Of a stretch of 64,000 nucleotides of DNA, positions 53,375 to 62,800 are shown piece by piece; position 1 is the first letter of the stretch, and the number at the start of each line of letters is the position of its first letter. Below the pieces are notes generated by a model, which was not told the origin of the DNA, ran no database searches, and was given only the letters and a program-made list of their open reading frames with translations. The position numbers were made by a program, and so were the translations under genes. The stretch lies in NCBI GenBank assembly GCA_965277715.1, contig OZ255836.1, positions 2,752,001 through 2,816,000 of the forward strand, in the 5' to 3' direction. The stretch is from Gammaproteobacteria bacterium (GTDB lineage Bacteria > Pseudomonadota > Gammaproteobacteria > JBCCGL01).

Positions 53375-55993
53375 ATGGCCCTTCTGAACGACATACTGAA
53401 TTGGACTGAATCTCTTACAACATGGCAAAGGGATGCATGTCGTCGCCTGTTCCAGAAAGAAGCTGAACTAGACGAAGCCGATTACTCTGAACTCTACAGT
53501 ATCCTCAAGACTGAGAACGGGATACAGATTGATGATGCCCCTGTTTCAGTCCCACTGACCGGTGATCATCTTCCTGCCGAGGTAGTCTCCGGTGACACTC
53601 TTACTCTTGTCGCTTTACGGGACTTGAAAAACGTTAATCAGATCCCGAGTGATCGCGCCCTAAATTTCTCAGAAGCAGGGATGACGGTTATCTATGGGGG
53701 GAATGGATCTGGCAAGTCAGGCTATGCACGCGTTATGAAGAGAGCCTGCCGGGCTAGAGATCAATCGGAGCCGATCCATCCCAATGCACACGATCCCACT
53801 GCAGCCGCGAAAGAACCGACGGCGAAGTTTGAAATACTAATTTCTGGCACCTCAGAAGAGGTTGCATGGTCACGCAACTCAACTCCGCCGGAACGCCTCT
53901 CCTCAATTTCCGTCTTCGATTCAAAGTGCGCTCGCTCATATGTCACAGCGGAGCAGGATGTCGCCTATCTCCCCTACGGTCTTGATATTGTTGAAAACCT
54001 CGCAAATCAAGTTCTCCCGAAACTTTCGGAGATGCTTGAATCAGAGGTCGGGGGAATAGATGTCAGCAAACTTCCTTTCGAGCACCTCCTTGGCGAAACT
54101 GAAGTAGGCAAAGTAGCTGAAGATCTTTCCGTCAAATCAGACACTGACGCAATTACTTTGCTCGGAACTTTCAGTGCAGAGGACGCACAGCGGCTAGCGG
54201 AGCTCGAAGCAGCTCTCAAGGAAGGTAATCCTCTGGCTAAAGCTGAAGAGGCTCGACTTTCAGGCATGCGTTTGAAGGCTTACTCAGAGAAACTAACTAA
54301 ACCTCTAAACTGGGTCAGTCCAGAAGCAGCTGAAAAACTTCAGAAACTCGACGAAGAAAAGACTATCGCAGAGGAAGCCGAGAAGAAAGCAGCAGATGCC
54401 TTACGCGCTGGGGAGGAGTTGCTACCTGGAACTGGAGACCAAGAATGGAAGCTGCTCTTTGAAGCAGCCAGACGCTACTCAACCGAAGCTGCGTATCCGG
54501 GAGAGGAGTTTCCATCTCCTGCCGAGGGAAAGGACTGCCCATTATGCCAAGAAGAGTTGCCTGAAAGTGGGTCTAAACGCCTCAAAAGATTTAACGAGTA
54601 TATCCAGAATGATGTCGCGACAACTGCCGACGCGGCACGTAAAAAGGTCGAAACAGCAAGGAGCAAGATTGAAACGGCAGAGCTTCAAATCACTCCAGAT
54701 AAAGCTCTAGGCGATGAACTCAAATCGTTAGATGACTCAGTTCTTCAATCAATCAGTGATTTCCAAACTTCCATCGATTTACGGCGGGATTCGATGCTTG
54801 AGTGCCTCGGAACATCTAAATGGGTTGAGATCCCTGTTTTGATTGACTCCCCAAGGAGCCTAGTTAGGCAGCTTGCCGCGCAGCAACTGCAGGTATTTCG
54901 CACACTGGTCAAAGCGGCGGACGAAGATAAGCGGATAAAGCTCGAGAAAGAACACCGCGAACTTTTGGCGAGGCAAAATCTATCCAAGTGCTTAAAGGCC
55001 GTCCTTGAATTGCTTGATCGCATGAAGACAAAGGCGGCACTTGAAAAGTGCAGGCCCTGTCTCAAAACTCGTCCGATTTCTGACAAGTCGAAGGAGTTTT
55101 CCACTGTCGCTGTAACTGATGAGCTCAGGAAAGCCCTCGACAAAGAGTTCAATGTGCTAGGCATCGGTCACATCAAGACGAAGCTGAAGGAAAAAAGCGT
55201 CCGAGGCAAGATGCTTCACCAACTATTGCTCGACCTGCCAATTGCAAACAAGATCGAAGAAATTTTGAGCGAAGGTGAGCAGCGTGCTATTGCACTGGGT
55301 TCATTTTTTGCCGAATTAGCCCTCGCTAATCACTCGTGCGGAATTGTCTTCGATGATCCTGTATCGTCTTTAGATCATTGGCGTCGCCTTAATGTGGCAC
55401 GCAGGTTGGTGGAGGAAGCGAAGAGTCGGCAAGTCATCGTGTTCACTCATGACACTTCGTTTCTTGGCCAATTATGCGACGAAATCGAAGCTGAGGGCAT
55501 TCCGAGTTCAAAATCGTTTTTGGAATGGCGTGGCGGCTTACCAGGTAGCGTAAACGATGGTCTTCCTTGGGATCACCAAAGCTACAAAGCACGAATCAAC
55601 TCTCTCGAACAAGCGCAGAACAAGTTAGCTAAGGCTTGGCCAGCGTATCCGGGTGAGGCCGAGATTAGCGCAATAAGACATGAGTACGACCGTTTACGAG
55701 CTACGCTCGAACGGGTCATTCAGGATGTTGTTTTTAATGGTGTTGTAAAGCGGTATCGAGACTGGATACGAGTTGACTCTCTTGAAGATGTTGTAGGCTT
55801 TGATCGGCCTGAGTATGAAGCGATCGAGAAGCTACACAAGCGAAGCTGTGATGTAGTAACTGCACACGATCCTGCGTCAGCGAAGGCCGCAGCTGTTCCA
55901 ACGGCGACAGATCTCGGAAATGATATATCTGCTTTGAAGACTATTGTTAAAACTATTAAAAACCGTAGAAAGGCCGCAAAGGCAGCGTCTTAG
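53375..55993 (+). CDS. Rad50/SMC-like ABC ATPase with Zn-hook (RloC/AAA_13-like; cassette 2)
   Basis: GGNGSGKS, coiled coil with CPLC, LSEGE, FDDPVSSLD, FTHD. Confidence 0.75.
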   Translation: MALLNDILNWTESLTTWQRDACRRLFQKEAELDEADYSELYSILKTENGIQIDDAPVSVPLTGDHLPAEVVSGDTLTLVALRDLKNVNQIPSDRALNFSEAGMTVIYGGNGSGKSGYARVMKRACRARDQSEPIHPNAHDPTAAAKEPTAKFEILISGTSEEVAWSRNSTPPERLSSISVFDSKCARSYVTAEQDVAYLPYGLDIVENLANQVLPKLSEMLESEVGGIDVSKLPFEHLLGETEVGKVAEDLSVKSDTDAITLLGTFSAEDAQRLAELEAALKEGNPLAKAEEARLSGMRLKAYSEKLTKPLNWVSPEAAEKLQKLDEEKTIAEEAEKKAADALRAGEELLPGTGDQEWKLLFEAARRYSTEAAYPGEEFPSPAEGKDCPLCQEELPESGSKRLKRFNEYIQNDVATTADAARKKVETARSKIETAELQITPDKALGDELKSLDDSVLQSISDFQTSIDLRRDSMLECLGTSKWVEIPVLIDSPRSLVRQLAAQQLQVFRTLVKAADEDKRIKLEKEHRELLARQNLSKCLKAVLELLDRMKTKAALEKCRPCLKTRPISDKSKEFSTVAVTDELRKALDKEFNVLGIGHIKTKLKEKSVRGKMLHQLLLDLPIANKIEEILSEGEQRAIALGSFFAELALANHSCGIVFDDPVSSLDHWRRLNVARRLVEEAKSRQVIVFTHDTSFLGQLCDEIEAEGIPSSKSFLEWRGGLPGSVNDGLPWDHQSYKARINSLEQAQNKLAKAWPAYPGEAEISAIRHEYDRLRATLERVIQDVVFNGVVKRYRDWIRVDSLEDVVGFDRPEYEAIEKLHKRSCDVVTAHDPASAKAAAVPTATDLGNDISALKTIVKTIKNRRKAAKAAS

Positions 55994-56002
55994 CAAAGCA
56001 AT

Positions 56003-56074
56003 GCATAACAAGGCGCTGCTGTCGGACAAATTTTCCGCTGCGCTCCAAATTTGCCGCAGAGCGCGGCGTTAGAT
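56003..56074 (+). other. Integron attC site
   Basis: GCATAAC...GTTAGAT, near-identical to the first attC; GCATAAC is complementary to GTTATGC. Confidence 0.85.
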
Positions 56075-56231
56075 GCCAAATGGAGTTCTGATTTGAGACC
56101 TGTATATTTTCTTTTTTTACTATCTATTTCTGGTGTTTTGTGGGCACAACAAATGAAAAGGGGTCAATCCTATTTAAAATGAAAAGGGGTCAATCCTATT
56201 TAATATTTTCAAAATAGTATAAATTTAAACG

Positions 56232-57083
56232 ATGCCTAAACCTACTCGAATACAATACGAAAATGCCTACTACCACGTTATGAATCGTGGCAAAGCCAGA
56301 CAGACCATCTTTCATGGCGAAATTTACTACCAGGCATTTCTACAAACGCTCGATGAAGCACATAAACGCTTTGATGCCTACATCCACGCTTACTGTTTGA
56401 TGGGTAATCATTATCATCTATTGATCGAAACCCCTCGTGCTAATCTGGATCGCATCATGCGGCATATCAATGGTATCTACACACAACGCTACAACCGGCT
56501 TAGACGCACGGATGGGCCTCTTTTTCGCGGTCGTTATAAAGCGATTATTGTGGATGCAGACGACTACTTATTACCCTTAAGCCGTTACATTCATCGTAAC
56601 CCAATAGAAGTAAAGGGTGTAACAGCAGATAAGCTCGATAGCTATTCCTGGTCGAGTTACCACGCTTACATCAACCAAGCCAAAGCACCGGAATGGTTGT
56701 ATCGAGAGGCAACCTATAGTGCACTCGGCGCTAAACAACGTTACGTTGCTTATAAGACATATGTTGGTCAAGGTATTGATGAGGGCATTAGCCGTTTTTA
56801 TAACAAAGGCAATGTGACGACGATACTGGGTGACAAATCCTTCAAGACGTATATTGCCGAAAACCGGGAGTCGATGCACATATCGGGGGACTTGTCCCGT
56901 ATTGTGACGGACAAGCCAAACGGTGCAGCTATAGTCGATGCAGTGGCAGCGGTGTTTGGCGTTAACGCGAGTGATGTACTTACGCGACAGCGGGGGAGAC
57001 AACGGGCGAATCTGCCTCGTAAAGTAGCGATATATTGTTGTCAGCAATTGGGAGATATGCCGTTAAAAACGCTGGTTGAGTAG
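56232..57083 (+). pseudogene. Y1 HUH transposase family B copy 1, 3'-truncated by a small deletion (element 56186..57192)
   Basis: NHYHLL, RYIHRNP; GGGGTCA/TGACCCC ends; 26-bp tandem duplication 56151-56202. Confidence 0.85.
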
Positions 57084-57390
57084 CCTTTCTCCTGCAATTG
57101 ATTATGTAAAGAGTGGGCTGTCAACGGCGGCGTGAAGGGCGTGTTTGAGCAGGTTTGCAACCGTTTGAAAAATATTAAATACGATTGACCCCTTTTTTTT
57201 CGCTCACTCAAATGGGCGAGTTTTTAATCCCAGTGGAAGTTGATCAAAGTTTCAAAAGTTAACAGGACAGCAGTGAATTACAAAATAAAAAATTCAGAAA
57301 ATAAAATATCTGGCCAATCTTTGGCGGTGTATTTTTATAATACTTTTTAAGAACTTTTTGTGTTTAACTTTTTACCTTGGAGGATAAAAA

Positions 57391-58851
57391 TTGATTAATA
57401 TAGATAATGATACAAAAGAGCCTCATTTTGGGCGTCTTCTGCTGCCAAGCAATATTGCAGACAAAGAGTTAGATCTCTCTGTATATGTTCATCGACAAGA
57501 GTGCCATGAAAAGATAGTTCAGCAAATAATCAGCTCTTACAAACAAAGAACCACAGGTGCGATTGCAATATGTGGCTCTCCAGGATCCGGAAAGTCAACG
57601 ATAGTAAGGTTTTTATATGATTATCTATCTAGCCAAAAAGAATTCACCCCGACCATTACCAGCATAGACTTTGAAGACGATGTTGGCTTCCCTCAAGGTT
57701 TGCACCCCAAACCCTTGCTTGCTGATCACTTTGCAAGTTTCTTTTCTAGGTTAGAAAGAGAGTTAGTTGCGGCAGGATCAACTCTTAACCCATTGAGAGA
57801 AAAAATTAGACCTCTGCAAAAAAGATATAAAAAATTTTTCGAGAATATAAAAGAAGAATATCCTAATAACAATCAACTAGAAATAGCTTTTGATGCTGTT
57901 CGAGATGCAATTTTCCCTAGAATAGCCACTATCGACAAAGAGTTGGTAATTTTCTGTGATAATTTAGATTTTCTTACAGCCTCTGATCAAATATTTTTTA
58001 TTGGTATGCTAGGAATGATGACAGAGACAAATAATAAAATAAAGTGCGTTTTTACTTCCAGGCCACTAACAACAGCTAGAATTAGAAAGACGTTCCACGA
58101 TTATTTAAATAAAAAGCTACTAAGCGACAATTGTTTGGAAGATATAAGCGTAGGTGATTTTTTGGGAAAAAGATTTTCCGTGTCTGACTATATATTGAAG
58201 GATGTATTTAGCATAGAGAATTTGGAAATTATCAGAAAACTATCTGCCGGAAATAACCAAGATATATTGAACAATGTAGGATCACTTTTTAATTACTATA
58301 AAAAAAACCCGGATTTATTTCCTCTAAATAATCAAGATATGATGAGGTATCTTATTTTGGTGGAAAATGCTGTATCTAACCCAATACAGCATATAAATCA
58401 AGATGATGAAGTTCCATTAAAGTGGGTGATCATGTCCTTTCTGGTAGGAAAAATACCTATTGATTTATCTTTTTATGAACGCTTGAAACTTTTTATCGAT
58501 TCAATGACTGGAAAAATCGCAAGGAGAGTAGATAGGCAGAGGGTTGAATCAATTATATTTGAAATGATAAAAGGAGATTACTTTATTCGCCGGATTGACT
58601 TTATTAATCAAGAAATAGATGGGAGAAATCTAGCCAACCACCCGGAGCGTGTTGATGGCTCGATATGTTGCCTTACCGAGCGTGGTTTACTTATGTTTCA
58701 GAGCACAAAATTAATAACAGAAGTTTACCCTAACTTCTCATCCTATAGAAACTCGGTTAGAAAGTTTATTGGGAAATACGATACCAGCTCACATAAATTT
58801 TTCAGTGAAAATAACATGCTTGGCGAAAGCTGGATGGTTTATAAAAAATGA
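57391..58851 (+). CDS. P-loop ATPase, uncharacterised
   Basis: GSPGSGKS Walker A, VIFCDNLD Walker B, FTSR; AT-rich; TTG start with GGAGG RBS. Confidence 0.7.
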   Translation: MINIDNDTKEPHFGRLLLPSNIADKELDLSVYVHRQECHEKIVQQIISSYKQRTTGAIAICGSPGSGKSTIVRFLYDYLSSQKEFTPTITSIDFEDDVGFPQGLHPKPLLADHFASFFSRLERELVAAGSTLNPLREKIRPLQKRYKKFFENIKEEYPNNNQLEIAFDAVRDAIFPRIATIDKELVIFCDNLDFLTASDQIFFIGMLGMMTETNNKIKCVFTSRPLTTARIRKTFHDYLNKKLLSDNCLEDISVGDFLGKRFSVSDYILKDVFSIENLEIIRKLSAGNNQDILNNVGSLFNYYKKNPDLFPLNNQDMMRYLILVENAVSNPIQHINQDDEVPLKWVIMSFLVGKIPIDLSFYERLKLFIDSMTGKIARRVDRQRVESIIFEMIKGDYFIRRIDFINQEIDGRNLANHPERVDGSICCLTERGLLMFQSTKLITEVYPNFSSYRNSVRKFIGKYDTSSHKFFSENNMLGESWMVYKK

Positions 58852-59324
58852 ATTGGCATAATATCAATTATATTTCGGGGTCAAAATTTTTTATTTTTGC
58901 CAGCGTCGCTCATACTTTATTTGTTTTCGCTCTTAATATTGGAATATCCGAAGACATTTTAAACATAAGCACAAAACTAGCCGTAGTTGTAAATATGATC
59001 GTATTTATATATGTTCAATCTTCTTATGTAATATGCCCGGGGCCCCTAAAAGGAATTAAAAGTCTAAAACAGTTTTACGATGCTCATGTTTTTGAATTAG
59101 AAACAGAGTTAATGAAGATTGAATATATAAACCATCATTCAATTAAAGATGTTACAGAAGCCAGTGAAAAAGAAGATATATTGTTTTTTCATTTTAAAAA
59201 AGCTGATGACTCTCTTTCTCGTGTTAGATATTTTCTTACAACTATTTTAATTACAGCTCTAATATTCTATATTGCGATATCATTTATAGGCTTTTTTACC
59301 GTCATTAATGGAATATATTCGTGA
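58848..59324 (+). CDS. Small multi-TM membrane protein
   Basis: About three hydrophobic helices; ATGA overlap with the ATPase. Confidence 0.6.
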   Translation: MNWHNINYISGSKFFIFASVAHTLFVFALNIGISEDILNISTKLAVVVNMIVFIYVQSSYVICPGPLKGIKSLKQFYDAHVFELETELMKIEYINHHSIKDVTEASEKEDILFFHFKKADDSLSRVRYFLTTILITALIFYIAISFIGFFTVINGIYS

Positions 59325-59407
59325 CTGTCACCTAATTTTGTAATTATTTCATGAGTCAAAAGGGGTCAATCTTATTTAATATTTTCAAAATAGTATAAAT
59401 TTAAACG

Positions 59408-60388
59408 ATGCCTAGACCTACTCGAATACAATACGAAAATGCCTACTACCACGTTATGAATCGTGGCAAAGCCAGACAAACCATCTTTCATGGCGAAATT
59501 TACTACCAGGCATTTCTACAAACGCTCGATGAAGCACATAAACGCTTTGATGCCTGCATCCACGCTTACTGTTTGATGAGTAATCATTATCATCTATTGA
59601 TCGAAACCCCTCGTGCTAATCTGGATCGCATCATGCGGCATATCAATGGTATCTACACACAACGCTACAACCGGCTTAGACGCACGGATGGGCCTCTTTT
59701 TCGCGGTCGTTATAAAGCGATTATTGTGGATGCAGACGACTACTTATTACCCTTAAGCCGTTACATTCATCGTAACCCAATAGAAGTAAAAGGTGTAACA
59801 GTGGATAAGCTCGATAGCTATTCCTGGTCGAATTACCACGCTTACATCAACCAAGCCAAAGCACCAGAATGGTTGCATCGAGAGGCAACCTATAGTGCAC
59901 TCGGCGCTAAACAACGTTACGTTGCTTATAAGACATATGTTGGTCGAGGTATTGATGAGGACATTAGCCGTTTTTATAACAAAGGCAATGTGGCGACGAT
60001 ACTGGGTGACAAATCCTTCAAGACGTATATTGCCGAAAACCGGGAGTCGATGCACATATCGGGGGACTTATCCCGTATTGTGACGGACAAGCCAAACGGT
60101 GCAGCTATAGTCGATGCAGTGGCAGCGGTGTTTGGCGTTAACGCGAGTGATGTACTTACGCGACAGCGGGGTAAACAACGGGCGAATCTGCCTCGTAAAG
60201 TAGCGATATATTGTTGTCAGCAATTGGGGGATATGCTGTTAAAAACGCTGGTTGATATGTTTGAATATAGTCGTGTTAGTAGCCTTTCTCCTGCAATTGA
60301 TTATGTAAGGAGTGGGCTATCAGACGGCAGCTTGAAGGGCGTGTTTGAGCAGGTTTGCAACCGTTTGAAAAATATTAAATACGATTGA
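59408..60388 (+). CDS. Y1 HUH transposase family B copy 2, intact (element 59362..60392)
   Basis: HUH and Tyr motifs; the stop TGA lies inside terminal TGACCCC. Confidence 0.85.
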   Translation: MPRPTRIQYENAYYHVMNRGKARQTIFHGEIYYQAFLQTLDEAHKRFDACIHAYCLMSNHYHLLIETPRANLDRIMRHINGIYTQRYNRLRRTDGPLFRGRYKAIIVDADDYLLPLSRYIHRNPIEVKGVTVDKLDSYSWSNYHAYINQAKAPEWLHREATYSALGAKQRYVAYKTYVGRGIDEDISRFYNKGNVATILGDKSFKTYIAENRESMHISGDLSRIVTDKPNGAAIVDAVAAVFGVNASDVLTRQRGKQRANLPRKVAIYCCQQLGDMLLKTLVDMFEYSRVSSLSPAIDYVRSGLSDGSLKGVFEQVCNRLKNIKYD

Positions 60389-60399
60389 CCCCTTTTTTT

Positions 60400-60726
60400 T
60401 CTACGCAACTATGTAACCCTCTAAATGCCTTTAGAAAGTTAACGATGGCTTCTGGATCCATTTTCGGTTGAGGGAATCTATGCTTAAGAATTAAAAAAAT
60501 TAATTAAAATTGGCTGCCCCTAAAATTTTCTGCTACTCTAACTGTAGCTAGAAAACAATAATACTAAATATCAAAGGCCTCTGTATTGTTTTTAGTATCA
60601 AAATGAGAAAAATATAGCGATATGAATCAGCCACTTACAAAAATTTCTCAATACTTGGGAAGAATTAAGAGGCCACCTCATAATAATGTTACAGAGGTCT
60701 TTGGCCTTTGTAACATACTGTTAGAT
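60400..60726 (+). repeat. Promoter/attI-like block, copy 2
   Basis: Near-identical to 52152-52478; ends TAACATACTGTTAGAT. Confidence 0.7.
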
Positions 60727-60744
60727 TCATCATAGAAGTTTTGA

Positions 60745-61659
60745 GTGAAAAATAACAATCTCTATATAATCGGTAATGGATTCGATATCTATCATGGGAT
60801 TCCCTCACGTTATTCGGATTTCAAGGAGTATTTGAAATCAAGTAATCAAACCCTGCATGATCACGTCATCGAGTATCTTCCTGTAGAAGAAAACTGGTGT
60901 GATCTTGAGGTCGCTTTTGCGCACCTAGATGTTGATAATGTAATTGATGAAGCAATGCAGTATCTTCAAACATATTCTGCTGAGAATTGGAGTGATTCGT
61001 TTCATCATGACTATCAATTTGAGCTTGATAAGATAGTTTCGGATCTTTCTAGCGGCCTAAAGTCATATTTTTGTGAATGGATAACTCACCTTGAATTACC
61101 GTCACCCAATAGCCTTCCATGTGAGCCACTTCGAATAAATAGGAAAGGATGTTTTTTAACCTTTAATTACACAAGAACACTTCAATGTGTCTACGGTGTG
61201 GGCAATGATAATGTCATACATATACATGGTGAGTCCGAACAAGGTGAGTCTGAAATAGTATTAGGGCACTCCTGGAATCCAGAAGAAATCTCTGATCTAA
61301 ATGATGTTCCAAATCCAGAGGATATGGACACAAGGGTTATGGAAGGGAATGAAATAGTAAATGACTATCTTGGAAAAACCTTTAAGCCATCAAAGAAAAT
61401 AATCGAAGATAATGCGTTTTTCTTTTCTAATCTCTCCAGCGTTAATAAAGTATATGTTCTAGGTCACTCCATGTCAGAGGTTGACCTCCCTTACTTTGAA
61501 GAGATAAGAGGGAATGTTAACGAAAACGCTGAATGGATCGTGACTTACTACGGAGAAGAAGAGCTTGATCGTCACAAAGAAACGATCCGAAGCCTAGGAA
61601 TAGAGAATGTCAGATTTTGTGACTTTTCAGATATTACAAAAGGGGGCAATCCTATTTAA
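60745..61659 (+). CDS. AbiH-family abortive-infection protein
   Basis: LYIIGNGFD..H, LTFNYT, HIHG, GHSMSEVD.PYF; last codons come from the Y1 element end. Confidence 0.8.
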   Translation: MKNNNLYIIGNGFDIYHGIPSRYSDFKEYLKSSNQTLHDHVIEYLPVEENWCDLEVAFAHLDVDNVIDEAMQYLQTYSAENWSDSFHHDYQFELDKIVSDLSSGLKSYFCEWITHLELPSPNSLPCEPLRINRKGCFLTFNYTRTLQCVYGVGNDNVIHIHGESEQGESEIVLGHSWNPEEISDLNDVPNPEDMDTRVMEGNEIVNDYLGKTFKPSKKIIEDNAFFFSNLSSVNKVYVLGHSMSEVDLPYFEEIRGNVNENAEWIVTYYGEEELDRHKETIRSLGIENVRFCDFSDITKGGNPI

Positions 61660-61687
61660 TATTTTCAAAATAGTATAAATTTAAACG

Positions 61688-62332
61688 ATGCCTAGACCTA
61701 CTCGAATACAATACGAAAATGCCTACTACCACGTTATGAATCGTGGCAAAGCCAGACAGACCATCTTTCATGGCGAAATTTACTACCAGGCATTTCTACA
61801 AACGCTCGATGAAGCACATAAACGCTTTGATGCCTGCATCCACGCTTACTGTTTGATGGGTAATCATTATCATCTATTGATCGAAACCCCTCGTGCTAAT
61901 CTGGATCGCATCATGCGGCATATCAATGGTATCTACACACAACGCTACAACCGGCTTAGACGCACAGATGGGCCTCTTTTTCGCGGTCGTTATAAAGCGA
62001 TTATTGTGGATACAGACGACTACTTATTACCCTTAAGCCGTTACATTCATCGTAACCCAATAGTGGCAGCGGTGTTTGGCGTTAACGCGAGTGATGTACT
62101 TACGCGACAGCGGGGGAGGCAACGGGCGAATCTGCCTCGTAAAGTAGCGATATATTGTTGTCAGCAATTGGGAGATATGCCGTTAAAAACGCTGGTTGAT
62201 ATGTTTGTATATAGTCGTGTTAGTAGCCTTTCTCCTGCAATTGATTATGTAAAGAGTGGGCTGTCAGACGGCAGCTTGAAGGGCGTGTTTGAGCAGGTTT
62301 GCAACCGTTTGAAAAATATTAAATACGATTGA
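61688..62332 (+). pseudogene. Y1 HUH transposase family B copy 3, in-frame deletion of 112 aa (element 61642..62336)
   Basis: RNPI joined directly to VAAVFG; left end variant GGGGGCA. Confidence 0.85.
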
Positions 62333-62419
62333 CCCCTTTTTGTTCTTTTTGTTTTCATCGTCTTCTTTCAGCAAACGCAAGGTCTTTATGTCCTCGATAT
62401 TCTGATCATGGTTTGCCAA

Positions 62420-62508
62420 CGCCTGCCGAAATCGTGCCACGGATAACCCCGTGTAACGCTACAGCATAGTCACCAGCAATAGCGTAGTCGATACCATCGC
62501 TTTCAAGG
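62420..62508 (-). pseudogene. Fragment resembling a nucleotidyltransferase N-terminus
   Basis: Manual translation LESDGIDYAIAGDYAVALHGVIRGT. Confidence 0.4.
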
Positions 62509-62750
62509 TTAAGAATTAAAAAAATTAATTAAAATTGGCTGCCCCTGAAATTTTCTGCTACTCTAACTGTAGCTAAAAAACAATAATACTAAATATCAAA
62601 GGCTTCTGTATTGTTTTTAGTATCAAAATGAGAAAAATATAGCGATATGAATCAGCCACTTACAAAAATTTCTCAATACTGGGAAGAATTAAGAGGTCAC
62701 CTCATAATAATGTTACAGAGGTCTTTGGCCTTTGTAACATACTGTTATAT
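62509..62750 (+). repeat. Promoter/attI-like block, copy 3 (5'-truncated)
   Basis: Ends TAACATACTGTTATAT. Confidence 0.7.
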
Positions 62751-62800
62751 GGCATCTGAAACGACTGTACAATCTCCCAAAAATAACGATTGAGGCGAAT

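Noticed and set aside
52152-62750. CRISPR interpretation of the repeats
   Set aside because: No regularly spaced 25-45-bp repeats with spacers and no cas genes
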